NCBI GenBank assembly: GCA_963848135.1
Contig: CAWKCK010000007.1
Span: forward strand, 68,121 to 132,120
Reading direction: 5' to 3'
DNA: 64,000 bases
Source of the DNA: an uncultured delta proteobacterium
GTDB lineage: Bacteria; Desulfobacterota; Desulfobacteria; Desulfobacterales; SG8-13
Part shown: piece by piece, positions 63,064-64,000 of the stretch
Layout of the letters: each line of letters begins with the position of its first letter
Position numbering within the stretch: position 1 is the first letter of the stretch
Notes under the pieces: generated by a model
What the model saw: the letters and a program-made list of their open reading frames with translations, nothing else
Database searches by the model: none
What the model was told of the DNA's origin: nothing
Translations under genes and position numbers: made by a program

Positions 63064-64000
63064 ATGCCGTCCATATCTCGCAGAAATTTTCTCAAGCATG
63101 GACTGGCGGCGGCCTGCGCCGCCTGTGCCTCGCAGGTTCCTCTTCCGGCATCCGCGAAACCGGCAGAGCCGGGGGAACTGGCCACCTTGATCGACATCCG
63201 CAAATGTATCGGGTGCGAATCGTGCGTCGAGGCATGTCGCGAGGTCAACGCCTTCAAATACCCTGAGCCGAAACACCCTTTCCCCAAAATGTATCCCCAT
63301 CGGGTCAAGGTGGCGGATTGGTCCAGTGCCGAAAAACGGGAAGTCCGGGATCGCCTCACGCCCTATAATTGGTTGTTTATCCAGAACGCCACTGTAACCA
63401 TTGATGGTGAAGAAACGACACTCAACATCCCCCGACGCTGCATGCACTGCCAGAATCCGCCGTGCGCCGATCTGTGCCCCTGGGGGGCTTCGCGAAAACT
63501 TAAAAACGGGATCACCTTGATTGACCCGGATATCTGCTTGGGGGGGCGTAAGTGCCAGGTGGTCTGTCCCTGGGATATTCCCCAGCGCCAGACCGGCGTG
63601 GGACTCTATCTTGACTTGCTGCCCAATTTTGCCGGCAATGGTGTAATGTACAAGTGCGATCGCTGCTACAATCGCATCGCAAACGGTGAACGACCGGCCT
63701 GCATCGACGCATGCCCCGAGGATGTTCAATCCATCGGCCCGCGCCATGAGATTATCGATGCGGCGCATCGAATCGCAGACGAAGAAGGCGCCTATATTTA
63801 CGGAGAAACGGAAAACGGTGGCACCAACACCATCTACCTGTCACCGGTGCCGATCGAAATGCTTGACAGAGCCATTGCCAAGGGGAAAGGACGGCCAAAC
63901 TTAGAAAAAGTCGAAAACCAAATGGCGAATGCGGATAACCTCGCCAAGGCAATGTTGATCGCACCGTTCGCGGGTCTGGCGGCCGCCGTCGCGCGGATTT
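63064..64000 (+). CDS. Tat-exported 4Fe-4S dicluster protein (NrfC/DmsB/HybA-like), truncated by the window end; not in ORF track
   Basis: SD AGGAGA; MPSISRRNFLK twin-arginine signal; CIGCESCVEAC, CMHCQNPPCADLCP, CLGGRKCQVVCP and KCDRC...PACIDACP. Confidence 0.9.
   Translation, partial: MPSISRRNFLKHGLAAACAACASQVPLPASAKPAEPGELATLIDIRKCIGCESCVEACREVNAFKYPEPKHPFPKMYPHRVKVADWSSAEKREVRDRLTPYNWLFIQNATVTIDGEETTLNIPRRCMHCQNPPCADLCPWGASRKLKNGITLIDPDICLGGRKCQVVCPWDIPQRQTGVGLYLDLLPNFAGNGVMYKCDRCYNRIANGERPACIDACPEDVQSIGPRHEIIDAAHRIADEEGAYIYGETENGGTNTIYLSPVPIEMLDRAIAKGKGRPNLEKVENQMANADNLAKAMLIAPFAGLAAAVARI

Noticed and set aside
1-64000. CRISPR array, rRNA, tRNA or intact transposase/integrase
   Set aside because: No regularly spaced direct repeats with unique spacers, no cloverleaf or rRNA signatures, and no DDE, HUH or recombinase motifs were seen.

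Overview
This window looks like chromosomal DNA from an anaerobic, selenocysteine-using Desulfobacterota-like organism. That assignment is inferred from HdrA/HdrL, LutABC, 2-oxoacid:ferredoxin oxidoreductase, several sigma-54 activators and TAXI-TRAP transport. It contains about 55 genes. Left to right: an N-formylglutamate amidohydrolase/QEGLA-peptidase operon, a TAXI-TRAP locus, lutABC, a plant-type Met gamma-lyase, two unusual sigma-54 activators, housekeeping and acyl-CoA genes, an ECF/anti-sigma pair, a copper/metal-stress cluster (copA, copZ, two sigma-54-driven ZraP/Spy-like genes, YHS, RseC, a multicopper oxidase remnant) and a redox block (HdrL, rhodanese, OFOR, GcvH-like, PAS-sigma54, Tat Fe-S protein). 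There is no CRISPR array, rRNA, tRNA or intact transposase that I can support. Main observations: (1) Three in-frame-UGA loci lie within about 9 kb: HdrL (Sec, known type), a lipoprotein rhodanese with a double-UGA U-A-U active site, and a GcvH-like domain with a UGA beside the putative lipoyl-Lys. (2) A tandem, structurally complementary pair of sigma-54 activators: one lacks a sensor, the other lacks GAFTGA and HTH. (3) About nine palindromic MITE/REP-like intergenic elements in at least three sequence families. (4) Eight broken reading frames are each repaired by deleting exactly one base. This points to sequencing/assembly insertion errors rather than true pseudogenes, so apparent gene splits here should be treated with caution.
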